Below are positions 1-8,762 of a DNA stretch of 64,000 nucleotides, piece by piece. The stretch comes from Solirubrobacterales bacterium. Lineage in GTDB: Bacteria; Actinomycetota; Thermoleophilia; Solirubrobacterales; 70-9. The stretch covers positions 6,358 to 70,357 of the forward strand of contig DASYIY010000071.1 in assembly GCA_035997045.1 (NCBI GenBank). Direction: 5' to 3'. The notes beneath the pieces are model-generated. The model ran no database searches. It was not told the origin of the DNA and saw only the letters and a program-made list of their open reading frames with translations. A program made the position numbers and the translations under genes. Each line of letters opens with the position of its first letter. Position 1 is the first letter of the stretch.

Positions 1-77
1 TGTGGTGAGCGCACTTACCTTGAAGTGCCCGACAGCGGGGACGACGCGATCGGTGAAGGCTCGGAAGAGGCCAGGAG

Positions 78-3000
78 ATGTACTACCTGGAGAAGGTCGC
101 CGAAGGCGCCGAGGACTACTACTCCGGCGAGGGCGAGGAGGCCGGGCAGTGGCTTGGTGACGCCGCCGCCGAGCTAGGGCTGTCGGGCGAGATCGAGCCG
201 GACCAGCTCGTGGCGATGCTGACCGGCATGAACCCCGCGACGGGCGAGCCGCTTGGGCTGCGGGCCGTCGCCGGTAACGGCGCGGTCCCCGGCTTCGATC
301 TCACCTTCTCGGCTCCCAAGTCGGTCTCCCTGACCTGGGCGCTCGGCGGCCCGAAGGCTGCCGACGAGGTCAAGGCCGCGCACCAGCGCTCGGTTGAAGT
401 TGCGCTCGGCTACATGCAGCGGGAGGCTTGCTGGACGAGGCGAGGGACCGACAGCGCGGGCGAGAGGGTCTTCCTCCAGGGCAACGGCTTCCTCGCCGCC
501 GGCTACCTGCACCGCTCGTCGCGAAACGGAGATCCGCAGCTGCATACGCATGTGCTGATCGCCAACGCGACCAAGGGGCCGGACGGCAAGTGGACCCGCC
601 TCTACCACCCCGCGATCTACGACCACGCCAAGACGGCGGGCTACATCTACGAGGCGCACCTACGCCACGAACTGACCCGGATGCTCGGAGTCGAGTGGCA
701 GCCGGTTCGCAAGGGGATCGCTGAGATCAAGGGCTTCAAGGACGAGTGGCTGAAGGCGTTCTCGACCCGGCGCGCGGAAATACTCGAGGCGGCCGGGGAG
801 GGTGCCTCAGCCCGCGCTCGCCAGGTCGCCACGCTCGCCACCCGCAAGACGAAGGAGAAGGGGCTTGAGCCTGGGAGTCTGCGCGAGCGCTGGCTAGCCA
901 AAGCCGAGGAGATCGGCTTGGACCGCGACGCCATCGCGGCGACGATGGGCAAGGAGGTCGAGCTTGCCGCCAAGCTGACGCTGGCGCAGCTCGACCGCGA
1001 GGTGACGGCCCACGCCTCCCACTTCGACCGCCGCGACGCGATCCAGGCGGTTGCCAACCTGCTTCCCAACGGTGCCCCCGGCCATGAGGTCGAGAGCGCC
1101 GCCGATGCCTTCCTCGCTTCCGGGTCGGTGGTCACCGTGGCCGAGACCGTCAAAGGCACCCGCTACACGACCACGCGCATCTGGGAGCTTGAGCGCGAAG
1201 CGCTGAAGACGGCCGAACAGATGGCGAAGGAGGCCCGCGGCGAGGCCGGCGAGCTGGTCGCCGCCAGGGTGATCGCGGCCCGGCCGACCCTGAAGCCCGA
1301 CCAGCGCGAGATGGTCCGCCGCCTGCTCGCCGGTCGCGAGGGCATCGTCGTGGTGGTCGGAGAGGCGGGCACCGGCAAGAGCTTCGCCACCGTCGCCGCA
1401 GCCGAAGGCTGGGCGCAAGCAGGCTTCGAGCTACGAGCAGCGGCACCGACATGGCGGGCCGCCAACGTCCTTCGCGGCGATGGCCTTGAGGCGACGACCG
1501 TTGCCGGTCTGCTTCGCGACCTTGATCGCGGTGAGGTTGGCCTTTCCTCCCGCTCGATTCTCTTGGTCGATGAGGCCGGGATGGTCGGCTCGGAGGATCT
1601 GACCCGAGTGATCGGCCACGCCGATGAGGCCGGAGCGAAGCTGGTCCTGGTCGGAGACCCAGAGCAGCTTGGCCCGATCGAGGCGGGCGGGTTGTTCTCG
1701 GCGATCGCAGAGCGCACCGAGCCCGTCCACCTCCACGAAGTGATCCGCCACAACCACGAGCTCGACCGCGAGGCGGCGAAGCTCATCCGCGAGGGGGAGG
1801 GACGGGAGGCCCTGAGCCTCTACCGATCCGAGGAGCGGATCACGGTTGCCGGGAACGCCGAGGAGCGCCGTGTGGTGATGGTCGAGGACTGGTGGCGCTC
1901 TTACTCCCAGGGCGAGGACGCGCTGATGGTGGCGAAGCGAAACGTCGAGGTCGAGCGCTTGAACGCGACCGCGCGCGAGCTGGTCCGATCCGAAGGCAGG
2001 TTGGGCAGCGAGGAGATCGAAGTCGGCGGCGCTGCCTTCGCTGCCGGCGATCAAGTCATCACCCGCGTCAACGACCGCGCCGGCGCATCTACAACCGCGA
2101 GCGCTGGGAGATCGCCCAGGTGGACGCCGAGCACGGGCGGATCGTCCTTGAGGGCATCGACCAGGCCCGGCGCGTCGAGGTCGGCCGCGACTATCTGGAC
2201 CGCACCACCTTGGGCGGCGAGGCTCCGGCCCTGCAACACGCCTACGCCGTCACTACTTACTGCGCCCAGGGCACCACCGTCGACCGGGCCTACGTCATGG
2301 CCGATCCGAGCATGGACAAGCAGGAGTTCTACGTCGCCACGTCGCGCACACGCGAGCAGACCTACCTCTACGCCACGCCGGAGATCCAGGCCGAGCGCAG
2401 CGAGTACGCGCCTGCCGGGCCGGAGCGAGACGCCATCGCTCACGTTGGCGAAGCAGCAGAGCGCGACCGCGCCCAGACCGCCGCGCACGACGAGGCGCTA
2501 CGAGGAGAACTGGCGAAGCTGCCCACGGCGGAGATCGCGGCGAAGCGAAGCGAGCTTGGCACCCCGGCCCGCTTCGAGGCGCAACATGAGGAGAGCTACG
2601 CGCGTCAGCTCCGCGCGGTCGAGGAACGGCGCGGCCAGGTCGAGCAGGCGAGCGCCAACCGCGAAGCGGTTGAAGCGCTCGGCTGGCGCGAGCGCCGCCA
2701 CAAGCTGCCCCGCGCCAGCGAAAGCGAGCGGCTATTCAGCGAACGGCTGGCCGAGGAGAGGGCGCGGCTGGCGCAGATGGAGCCGCCGAGTAGTGCGGCT
2801 CGGCGCGAGCGCGAGATTGCCGGCCAGCTTCTCGACACCCGCTCGGCGCAAGCGCTCACAGCCGCGAGGATCGAGCCGCCCGCCTACATCGTCAAAGAGC
2901 TAGGGCAAAGGCCCGCCGATCCAGCGAAGGCCAAAGCCTGGGATAGCGGTGTCCAAAGCATCGAGGGATACCGGCTGGGACATGGCGTGAAGGACACCCG

Positions 3001-3163
3001 CAATGCCCTCGGCCGCGAGCCGCAAGACGCGGCAGCGCGAGCGGCTCGCGAGGCAGCCCGGCGAAGGCTTGCCGAGACTCAGCGCAGGCTCGGCCTTGAG
3101 CATCTAGTCAAGACCAGGCAGAGGACGAGGAGCATCGAGCGAGGCTTCAGCATTGGACGATGA
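78..3163 (+). pseudogene. MobF-family (TrwC/TraA-like) conjugative relaxase fused to a RecD-like helicase, split by an apparent 1-nt deletion near 2079-2086
   Basis: The frame starting at 78 carries the relaxase His motif (HRSSRNGDPQLHTHVLIAN), Walker A (VVVGEAGTGKSF) and Walker B (LLVDEAGMV). After ...VITRVNDR this frame turns into Arg/Pro/Ser-rich junk. The 1892..3163 frame continues sensibly (IYNRERWEIAQVD...AYAVTTYCAQGTTVD...FYVATSRTRE). Only 8 nt (gccggcgc) lie where 9 are needed to stay in frame. The AGGAG sits directly against the ATG at 78, so the N-terminus may also be damaged. Confidence 0.8.
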
Positions 3164-3288
3164 GCGCCCCGACCCGTTTGATCGAAGCACCGCGCTCGCG
3201 GCCGTCAACCCCTTCGGGGCCGGGCGCTTCGCGCCCTTGACTGCCGCTCTCGCGGCGCTGGTTGGCGGGTAGGTCGGAGCAGAAAGAT

Positions 3289-5928
3289 TCAGGTTTGATC
3301 GGGGGGAACACGGGTCATGAGCCAGTCGCGCTCTATCTCTTCGTAGAGCTGCCGAAGTTTGCGAGCATGTGGATGGGCTTGACGACCTTTATCCATCTGA
3401 TTCCTTGCAAACTCAAGCTCCTCGGCTCGCTCGTCTGGAGACAAGCTGGCCTTTCGGGTCCAGACAAGAATTTGACTACCGAAGACATGCCAGACATGAA
3501 CATCTCTGGTGCCGCGTCGGTCAATCTGATCAAGCAGGATCTGCTTAGCTTGCTCGACCTTGTCGCGGGCATCCACAGCATCTGGGTCCAGATACGCTGA
3601 CTTCAAGAGATAGTAGGCCCACTCTGTTTCTACTCGATAGTCATGCTCGCCACCAGCCTTTGCCTGCTGGAGAAAATTACCGGCATGGCGAATGTTGCCG
3701 TGCTGAACCTCGAAAGCCCCCCGCTGAAGCCAGTAGTGGTATGAACTACTGAGCGCCTCCTCCAGCGAGTCATAGATGGCGCGCGCGTCATCAACGCGAA
3801 ACGTCTTACCTATACGACCGTGCCCAATGAGGGCAGTTAGAAGCTTTGCATTGCGAGATTTTCGTTTTCCAGGCGTCGTCCGCATAGCCATCATGTGCGC
3901 GAGGCCCCTGTAGGGCTCAAGCATCTGACCCCGACGGCTCAATTCGTTGACTACAACTTCAGCCAACCTACGATGCCTAACCCGTATGTTATCTCCCCCC
4001 GGATTTGAAAGCAGACGTCTCGCAAGTAGGCGATCTAGTGCATATAGACCGGTGTTACTTATATCGCCAGCCGCAATAAGAATCTCATCCTTCGTTAGTC
4101 CGAAACGAAGTTCAGTAGAAATCGCTAGGACAGCGTAAATCAACTTTTGCTCAGGTTCAAGACTTTCGAACTCCTCAGTAACCTTTAGTTCAAAGCGCTC
4201 CCCCGAAGTCGCCTCAATCATCGCTACAAGTAGCTCCCTATTGCACTCATGGCGGATACGTTCTATCCGTGCGGCATGCGTGAGTTTCTTTAGAGCGCCA
4301 AGCTTGTTGTCTTTCTCTAGCGCAGAGACCAGTAACTCGATGTCACTATCTTCAAGGAGTGGAACGTTAATCTCCTTATAGAGTCCATCGTCAAGATTCT
4401 GGCCCAGAATATGATCCAGACGGGTTACTCGCATACCCAAAATAAGGGTCACATGTGGAAGTGAACTCTTTTGATCCTTCAGTAGATCTCTTAGCGATAG
4501 TCCGAATGTATCGGCGTCATCAATGACAACCGTCAGATCGTTTTGTTGCTCCACAAGTGCTCTCGACAGGTCGTGAGCGTCGAAATCGTGATCAGCCCCA
4601 ATCCAACGTACGTCTCTGCCATCGGCGACCATGCGTAGCGCTAGGCGTCGAAGGGCAGTGGAGGTTCCAGAGCCGGCGGTACCGGCAACGACAATGCAGC
4701 CCTCTAGCTGAACTGGATCGAGCTGGCGTTCAAAATCGCGTTCGATGGCTCGACCCGAGCGAATGTCCTCCCAACTAGGTTCAGCCCCCATCAGATAATC
4801 AGAGCGAGTGGTGTCAGGGAGGCTTGCCAGTTCAGAAACCAGTGGAAGGCTAACTTCTCCTGTTCGCGGCGCGGCAGTTCTTCGAACGAGGTGCCCTTTT
4901 CGGGCGGCATCATCGAGCTCGGCCAACACCTCTATTGCAAACTCGTCAACTGTCGCGCGTATCCACCGAATATTGAAGGTCGCGAGCATTAGCTGGCGAT
5001 CTTTAGGCAGCTGAGGGGTTACAAGGAAAGAGACTGGCCGCATCTCTCTCACGCCCCGAGTTCCTCGGGAGTCGCGCATCGCGATGTATTGCCAAAACAA
5101 TGACTCTCGAATCTCAGTGCCGACAAAGACGGCTGTGTATGAAAGGAGGTCAGCCGTTAGTTGTCGATACAGAGGGTTTTCCTGGAGATGTCGCTGGCCG
5201 TACTGAGGGTCAGCAAAGGTTACGTCGGGAACATCATCGAGGGTTCCATTGAGATGGGTATAAAGAAGCTTGCCTTCGGTGACGGTTGGCAGTTGACCGT
5301 GAAGTCCCGAGTGAGGCACTATCTTGTTTGGAAGATCAAAACGTCGGGAGGCGGCGATCTCTAGGTCGTCGATATTGAGCGTGTAAGCCCTGCGCCAGGG
5401 GAGCGAAAGCCAAAGCTTGTGAATCTCACCGAGACTGTCGGGTGCAACGCGGAGTCGCTTATTAAGGAGCTCGGTAAGTCGAGTTCGGCCTTGGGCCAAG
5501 GCTACGGCGTAGGTGTCTGCGAGGGTTGAACCTTCGTCGGGCTCCTCTCCGGGTTCGATCAGGTCCCAGATGGCTCGCTTAAGTTCGGTGCCTTGCGGGA
5601 CCTGTTCACCCTCAGCGTTGCTTGCACCTGCCGAGAAGCCGGCACCAGTAAAGAGCACCACCTCTCCACGGGCCATTTGGGCTCGAAGGCGCTCAATTGC
5701 GAGATCCCGATCCTCCACGTTGAAAAAGCTACTGGCGGAGTCGGCGGTTCTCTTCTCGGTTGCGCGCTGCCTGTGGGGGCCCATGACGTTGTCAAATGGA
5801 GGATTCACGGCTGGATGTACCGGGGCATGGTCGGTAAGCCCTAGGGGCCTCCCCGCAAAAGGCGCTATCGAGAGCCATGGCATCGAGCGTCCGGGCGTGG
5901 GTGCCTCGCCGTGCCACCGTCGTGCCAC
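3289..5928 (-). CDS. SIR2-like domain / P-loop NTPase (STAND-like) / winged-helix-like / TPR-like helical repeat protein; candidate single-gene antiphage defence protein (Avs5/SIR2-STAND-like)
   Basis: 879-aa ORF. SIR2_2-type motifs: VVLFTGAGFS, YTLNIDDL, YTHLNGTL, VFVGTEIRE. P-loop: IVVAGTAGSGTST. Walker B: LTVVIDDAD. The C-terminal region is helical with TPR-like repeats. A/T-ending codons are far more frequent than in neighbouring genes. The GTG start at 5928 is uncertain; alternative ATGs lie at 5883, 5784 and 5676. Confidence 0.8.
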   Translation of the reverse strand: MARRWHGEAPTPGRSMPWLSIAPFAGRPLGLTDHAPVHPAVNPPFDNVMGPHRQRATEKRTADSASSFFNVEDRDLAIERLRAQMARGEVVLFTGAGFSAGASNAEGEQVPQGTELKRAIWDLIEPGEEPDEGSTLADTYAVALAQGRTRLTELLNKRLRVAPDSLGEIHKLWLSLPWRRAYTLNIDDLEIAASRRFDLPNKIVPHSGLHGQLPTVTEGKLLYTHLNGTLDDVPDVTFADPQYGQRHLQENPLYRQLTADLLSYTAVFVGTEIRESLFWQYIAMRDSRGTRGVREMRPVSFLVTPQLPKDRQLMLATFNIRWIRATVDEFAIEVLAELDDAARKGHLVRRTAAPRTGEVSLPLVSELASLPDTTRSDYLMGAEPSWEDIRSGRAIERDFERQLDPVQLEGCIVVAGTAGSGTSTALRRLALRMVADGRDVRWIGADHDFDAHDLSRALVEQQNDLTVVIDDADTFGLSLRDLLKDQKSSLPHVTLILGMRVTRLDHILGQNLDDGLYKEINVPLLEDSDIELLVSALEKDNKLGALKKLTHAARIERIRHECNRELLVAMIEATSGERFELKVTEEFESLEPEQKLIYAVLAISTELRFGLTKDEILIAAGDISNTGLYALDRLLARRLLSNPGGDNIRVRHRRLAEVVVNELSRRGQMLEPYRGLAHMMAMRTTPGKRKSRNAKLLTALIGHGRIGKTFRVDDARAIYDSLEEALSSSYHYWLQRGAFEVQHGNIRHAGNFLQQAKAGGEHDYRVETEWAYYLLKSAYLDPDAVDARDKVEQAKQILLDQIDRRGTRDVHVWHVFGSQILVWTRKASLSPDERAEELEFARNQMDKGRQAHPHARKLRQLYEEIERDWLMTRVPPDQT

Positions 5929-6034
5929 CCTGTGCCACCGTCACAACCGGATTCAGCCGGAGTCAACCGGACTCGGATGCGGTCCCGCCAGGTCTCCGCA
6001 AACCGCTCTAGCAAGCCGAATTTGAGGCCATAAG

Positions 6035-6123
6035 CGGAGGGGGAGGGATTCGAACCCTCGAGACACCTTTCGATGTCTGCCGGTTTTCAAGACCGGTGCA
6101 TTCAACCGCTCTGCCACCCCTCC
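6035..6123 (-). tRNA. tRNA-Ser (anticodon UGA)
   Basis: Cloverleaf read by hand on the minus strand: GGAGGGG acceptor stem, anticodon loop CTTGAAA, long variable arm, T-arm GAGGGTTCGAATCCCTC, discriminator G. No CCA is encoded. Confidence 0.9.
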
Positions 6124-6181
6124 GGGGAGTAAGCGCACGCCCGATGCTAGACGCCATGGCCGAGGACTGCGATCGCTCTAG

Positions 6182-7354
6182 ATGATTGTATTGTCTGCAA
6201 TGCGTCGCTTGCTAATACTCGCCTCGGCGATGGTCTTCTTCGACGTCGTCTTCTTCTCGGCGATCGCGCCGTTGCTGCCGGATTACGTCGCTGAACTTGG
6301 GTTGAGCAAGGCTCAGGCCGGCGTGCTCTCCGCTTCCTATGCCGCCGGCACGCTGCTCTTCTCCCTGCCGGCCGGTTTGCTCGCTGCTCGCGCTGGCCCG
6401 CGCCGCACCGTGATCGGCGGCCTTCTGCTGCTCGGAGTCGCCAGCGTGGTCTTTGGCTTTGCCAACGAGTTCCTTCTGCTCGACGCCGCTCGCTTTACCC
6501 AGGGAGCCGCCGGCGCTCTGATCTGGTCGGGTGCTCTCACCTGGCTGGTTACGACGGCTCCGCCGGAGCGCCGCGGCTCGGTGATCGGCACCGCGCTCGG
6601 CACCGCCGTCGCCGGCGCCCTGTTCGGGCCGGCGCTGGGAGCGTTGGCGGCCGAGGTCGGCACCGAACTGATCTTCAGCGCTGTGCTCGGCGTGGCGGTG
6701 GTGCTCGCCCTCGTTGCGGCTCGCCTGCCGGAGGCGGAGGCGCCGGAGCGGCAGGACCTGCACGAGGTCGTCGAGGCGATGTTCAGCCGGCCGATCGTCT
6801 TGGCGACGGCCTTCGTCGCGATTCCTTCGGTGATGTTCGGTGCGGTCGAGGTACTGGTGCCGCTGCAGATTGCGGATCTGGGCGGTGGCCACGCGTTGAT
6901 CGCCGGCGGGTTCATCGCCGGCGCGGCCCTGGAGGCCGTGCTGGCCCCGGTTGCCGGTCGTTACTCCGATCGGGCCGGGCGGCGCATGCCCTTCATGGTC
7001 GGGCTCAGCATCTGCGCCGTGGCGATGGCCGCCGTCGCCCTCGGGCAGTCCATGGGCGTGGTGATGGCGGGCTTGATCCTCACCTCCCTGGGCGGTGGGA
7101 TCTGCTTCACCCCCGCGCTGACGATGCTTTCGGAGATGGCGGAGTCCTCCCGCCTGCATCAGGGTTTTGCCGCCGGTCTCTCCAACATGGCATGGGCGGC
7201 TGGCCAGGTCGTCGGAGGTCTTGCCGGGGGCGGTGTCGCCAGCGTCGCCGGTAACGCGGCGCCGAGCCTTGCGATCATCGTTCTCCTGCTCGCCACCGTC
7301 TTTTACTCGTTCCACGCACTGGCGCCGCCGGCTGTGCGGACCGTCGAGGGCTGA
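6182..7354 (+). CDS. MFS transporter
   Basis: 390-aa polytopic hydrophobic protein with a typical MFS N-terminal half (LPDYVAELGLSKAQAGVLSASYAAGTLLFSLPAGLLAAR.GPRR). Confidence 0.75.
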   Translation: MIVLSAMRRLLILASAMVFFDVVFFSAIAPLLPDYVAELGLSKAQAGVLSASYAAGTLLFSLPAGLLAARAGPRRTVIGGLLLLGVASVVFGFANEFLLLDAARFTQGAAGALIWSGALTWLVTTAPPERRGSVIGTALGTAVAGALFGPALGALAAEVGTELIFSAVLGVAVVLALVAARLPEAEAPERQDLHEVVEAMFSRPIVLATAFVAIPSVMFGAVEVLVPLQIADLGGGHALIAGGFIAGAALEAVLAPVAGRYSDRAGRRMPFMVGLSICAVAMAAVALGQSMGVVMAGLILTSLGGGICFTPALTMLSEMAESSRLHQGFAAGLSNMAWAAGQVVGGLAGGGVASVAGNAAPSLAIIVLLLATVFYSFHALAPPAVRTVEG

Positions 7355-7376
7355 CCGGGTTAGGCTCTTCGCTCGC

Positions 7377-8705
7377 ATGTCTTCGAGCGGTGCAGAGCAG
7401 GGGCGGTCTCGCCGGGCCTGGCGCAACTGGGCCGGCGACCAGGGCTGCACGCCGTTCGAGCAGCTGCGACCGCGCAACCGCGAGGAGCTGGCCGCGGAGA
7501 TCGTCGCGGCCGCCGCGGCCGGGCGCAAGATCAGCGTCGCCGGCAGCGGCCACTCCTTCACCGAGACGGCGATGACCGACGGCACGATGATCGACGCCGG
7601 CGCGCTCAGCGGCGTGATCGACGCCGATCGGTCTTCTGGCCTGGTCAAGGTCGGCGGCGGGACCGTTCTCGCCGCACTCAACGAGGAGCTGCACAGGCTT
7701 GGTCTGGCAATGGAGAACCTCGGCGATATCGATCGCCAAACGGTCGCCGGAGCGATCGCCACCGGCACCCACGGCACGGGGGCGAAGCTGCGCAATATCT
7801 CCTCCCAGGTCGAGGCGATGGAGTTCGTCCTCGCCGATGGCTCGCTGCGCGAGCTGGACGCTGCCGGAGATCCCGACCTGCTCAGGGCCGCTCGGGTAAG
7901 CATCGGTGCGCTTGGGGCTGTCTCGTCTGTGACGTTGCGCTGCGTTCCCGCCTTCACCCTGCACCGGGTCGATACGCCCTGCCCGCGCGAGGAGGTCTTC
8001 GACGCCTTCCAGCAGCGCGCCGACGAAAACGACCACTTCGAGCTGTTCACTTTTCCTTACGCCGACTCGGCCCTCGTTTTGGAGCGCAATCACAGCGACG
8101 GGCCGCCGCGCCCGCGCGGCCGGACCGCCGCCTTCCTCAACGACATCGTGCTGGAGAATTGGGCGCTGGAGGCGATCTCCGCCGCCGGCAAGCTCTTCCC
8201 GCGCGGCATCCCCTCGCTTTCGCGCCTCGCCGCCTGGCTCGCCTCCGGTAGCAAGTCGACCGATCGCAGCGACCGGATCTTTGCCAACGAGCGCCGCGTC
8301 CGCTTCACCGAGATGGAGTACGGAGTGCCGCGCGAGCACGGGCCCGAGGCGGCGCGGCGGGTGATCGAGTGGGTGCGCTTGAACCGCTACCCGGTCTTCT
8401 TCCCGATCGAGATGCGGGTGACCGCCGCCGACGATGCCCTGCTCAGTCCCTCGCACGAGCGTGACACCGCCTACATCGCCGTCCACCAGTACCGCGGCAT
8501 GGAGTGGCGCCCCTACTTCGAGGCGGTCGAGTCGATCATGAACGAGTACGGCGGCCGGCCCCACTGGGGCAAGCGCCACTTCCAGACCGCGGCGACCCTT
8601 GCCGAGCGCTACCCGCGTTGGGCCGATTTCCAGGCGGCGCGGGACGAGCTGGATCCGAACCGCGTATTCGCCAACGAGTACGCCGAGCGCGTCCTCGGCC
8701 CCTGA
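7377..8705 (+). CDS. FAD-linked oxidoreductase, D-arabinono-1,4-lactone / L-gulonolactone oxidase family
   Basis: N-terminus WRNWAGDQ...ISVAGSGHSFT (FAD_binding_4-like) and an ALO-like C-terminus (GGRPHWGK). The start is moved to ATG 7377; the 7167 extension overlaps the MFS gene and is Arg/Ser-rich. Confidence 0.7.
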   Translation: MSSSGAEQGRSRRAWRNWAGDQGCTPFEQLRPRNREELAAEIVAAAAAGRKISVAGSGHSFTETAMTDGTMIDAGALSGVIDADRSSGLVKVGGGTVLAALNEELHRLGLAMENLGDIDRQTVAGAIATGTHGTGAKLRNISSQVEAMEFVLADGSLRELDAAGDPDLLRAARVSIGALGAVSSVTLRCVPAFTLHRVDTPCPREEVFDAFQQRADENDHFELFTFPYADSALVLERNHSDGPPRPRGRTAAFLNDIVLENWALEAISAAGKLFPRGIPSLSRLAAWLASGSKSTDRSDRIFANERRVRFTEMEYGVPREHGPEAARRVIEWVRLNRYPVFFPIEMRVTAADDALLSPSHERDTAYIAVHQYRGMEWRPYFEAVESIMNEYGGRPHWGKRHFQTAATLAERYPRWADFQAARDELDPNRVFANEYAERVLGP

Positions 8706-8713
8706 TCCGGAGT

Positions 8714-8758
8714 GGTGCAACGTCTTGTCCACCTATTGCGTGGATAAAACGTTGCACC
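8714..8758 (+). repeat. Family-A nested palindromic repeat, copy A1 (GGTGCAACG...CGTTGCACC)
   Basis: GGTGCAACGTCTTGTCCACCTATTGCGTGGATAAAACGTTGCACC, between two convergent stop codons. Related copies lie at 20493, 47054 and 47126. Confidence 0.8.
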
Positions 8759-8762
8759 CGAT

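Noticed and set aside
1-77. Search for oriT-like inverted repeats or a nic site upstream of the relaxase
   Set aside because: No convincing inverted repeat is visible in the 77 nt available. The region may instead be the displaced N-terminal coding sequence of the relaxase, and too little sequence is available to decide.
3104-3272. Open frame after the relaxase stop (…DDERPDPFDRSTALAAVNPFGAGRFAPLTAALAALVGG) with host-like codon bias
   Set aside because: It has no ATG or GTG start with an SD (only a TTG at 3153), is only about 40 codons long and carries no recognisable motif. It could be a second small frameshift at the relaxase C-terminus, but this cannot be supported.
6212-8050. 612-aa minus-strand ORF
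   Set aside because: It is antisense to the MFS and FAD-oxidase genes, which have clear family motifs. Its translation is Arg/Gly/Pro/Asp-rich low-complexity sequence, typical of shadow ORFs in high-G+C DNA.
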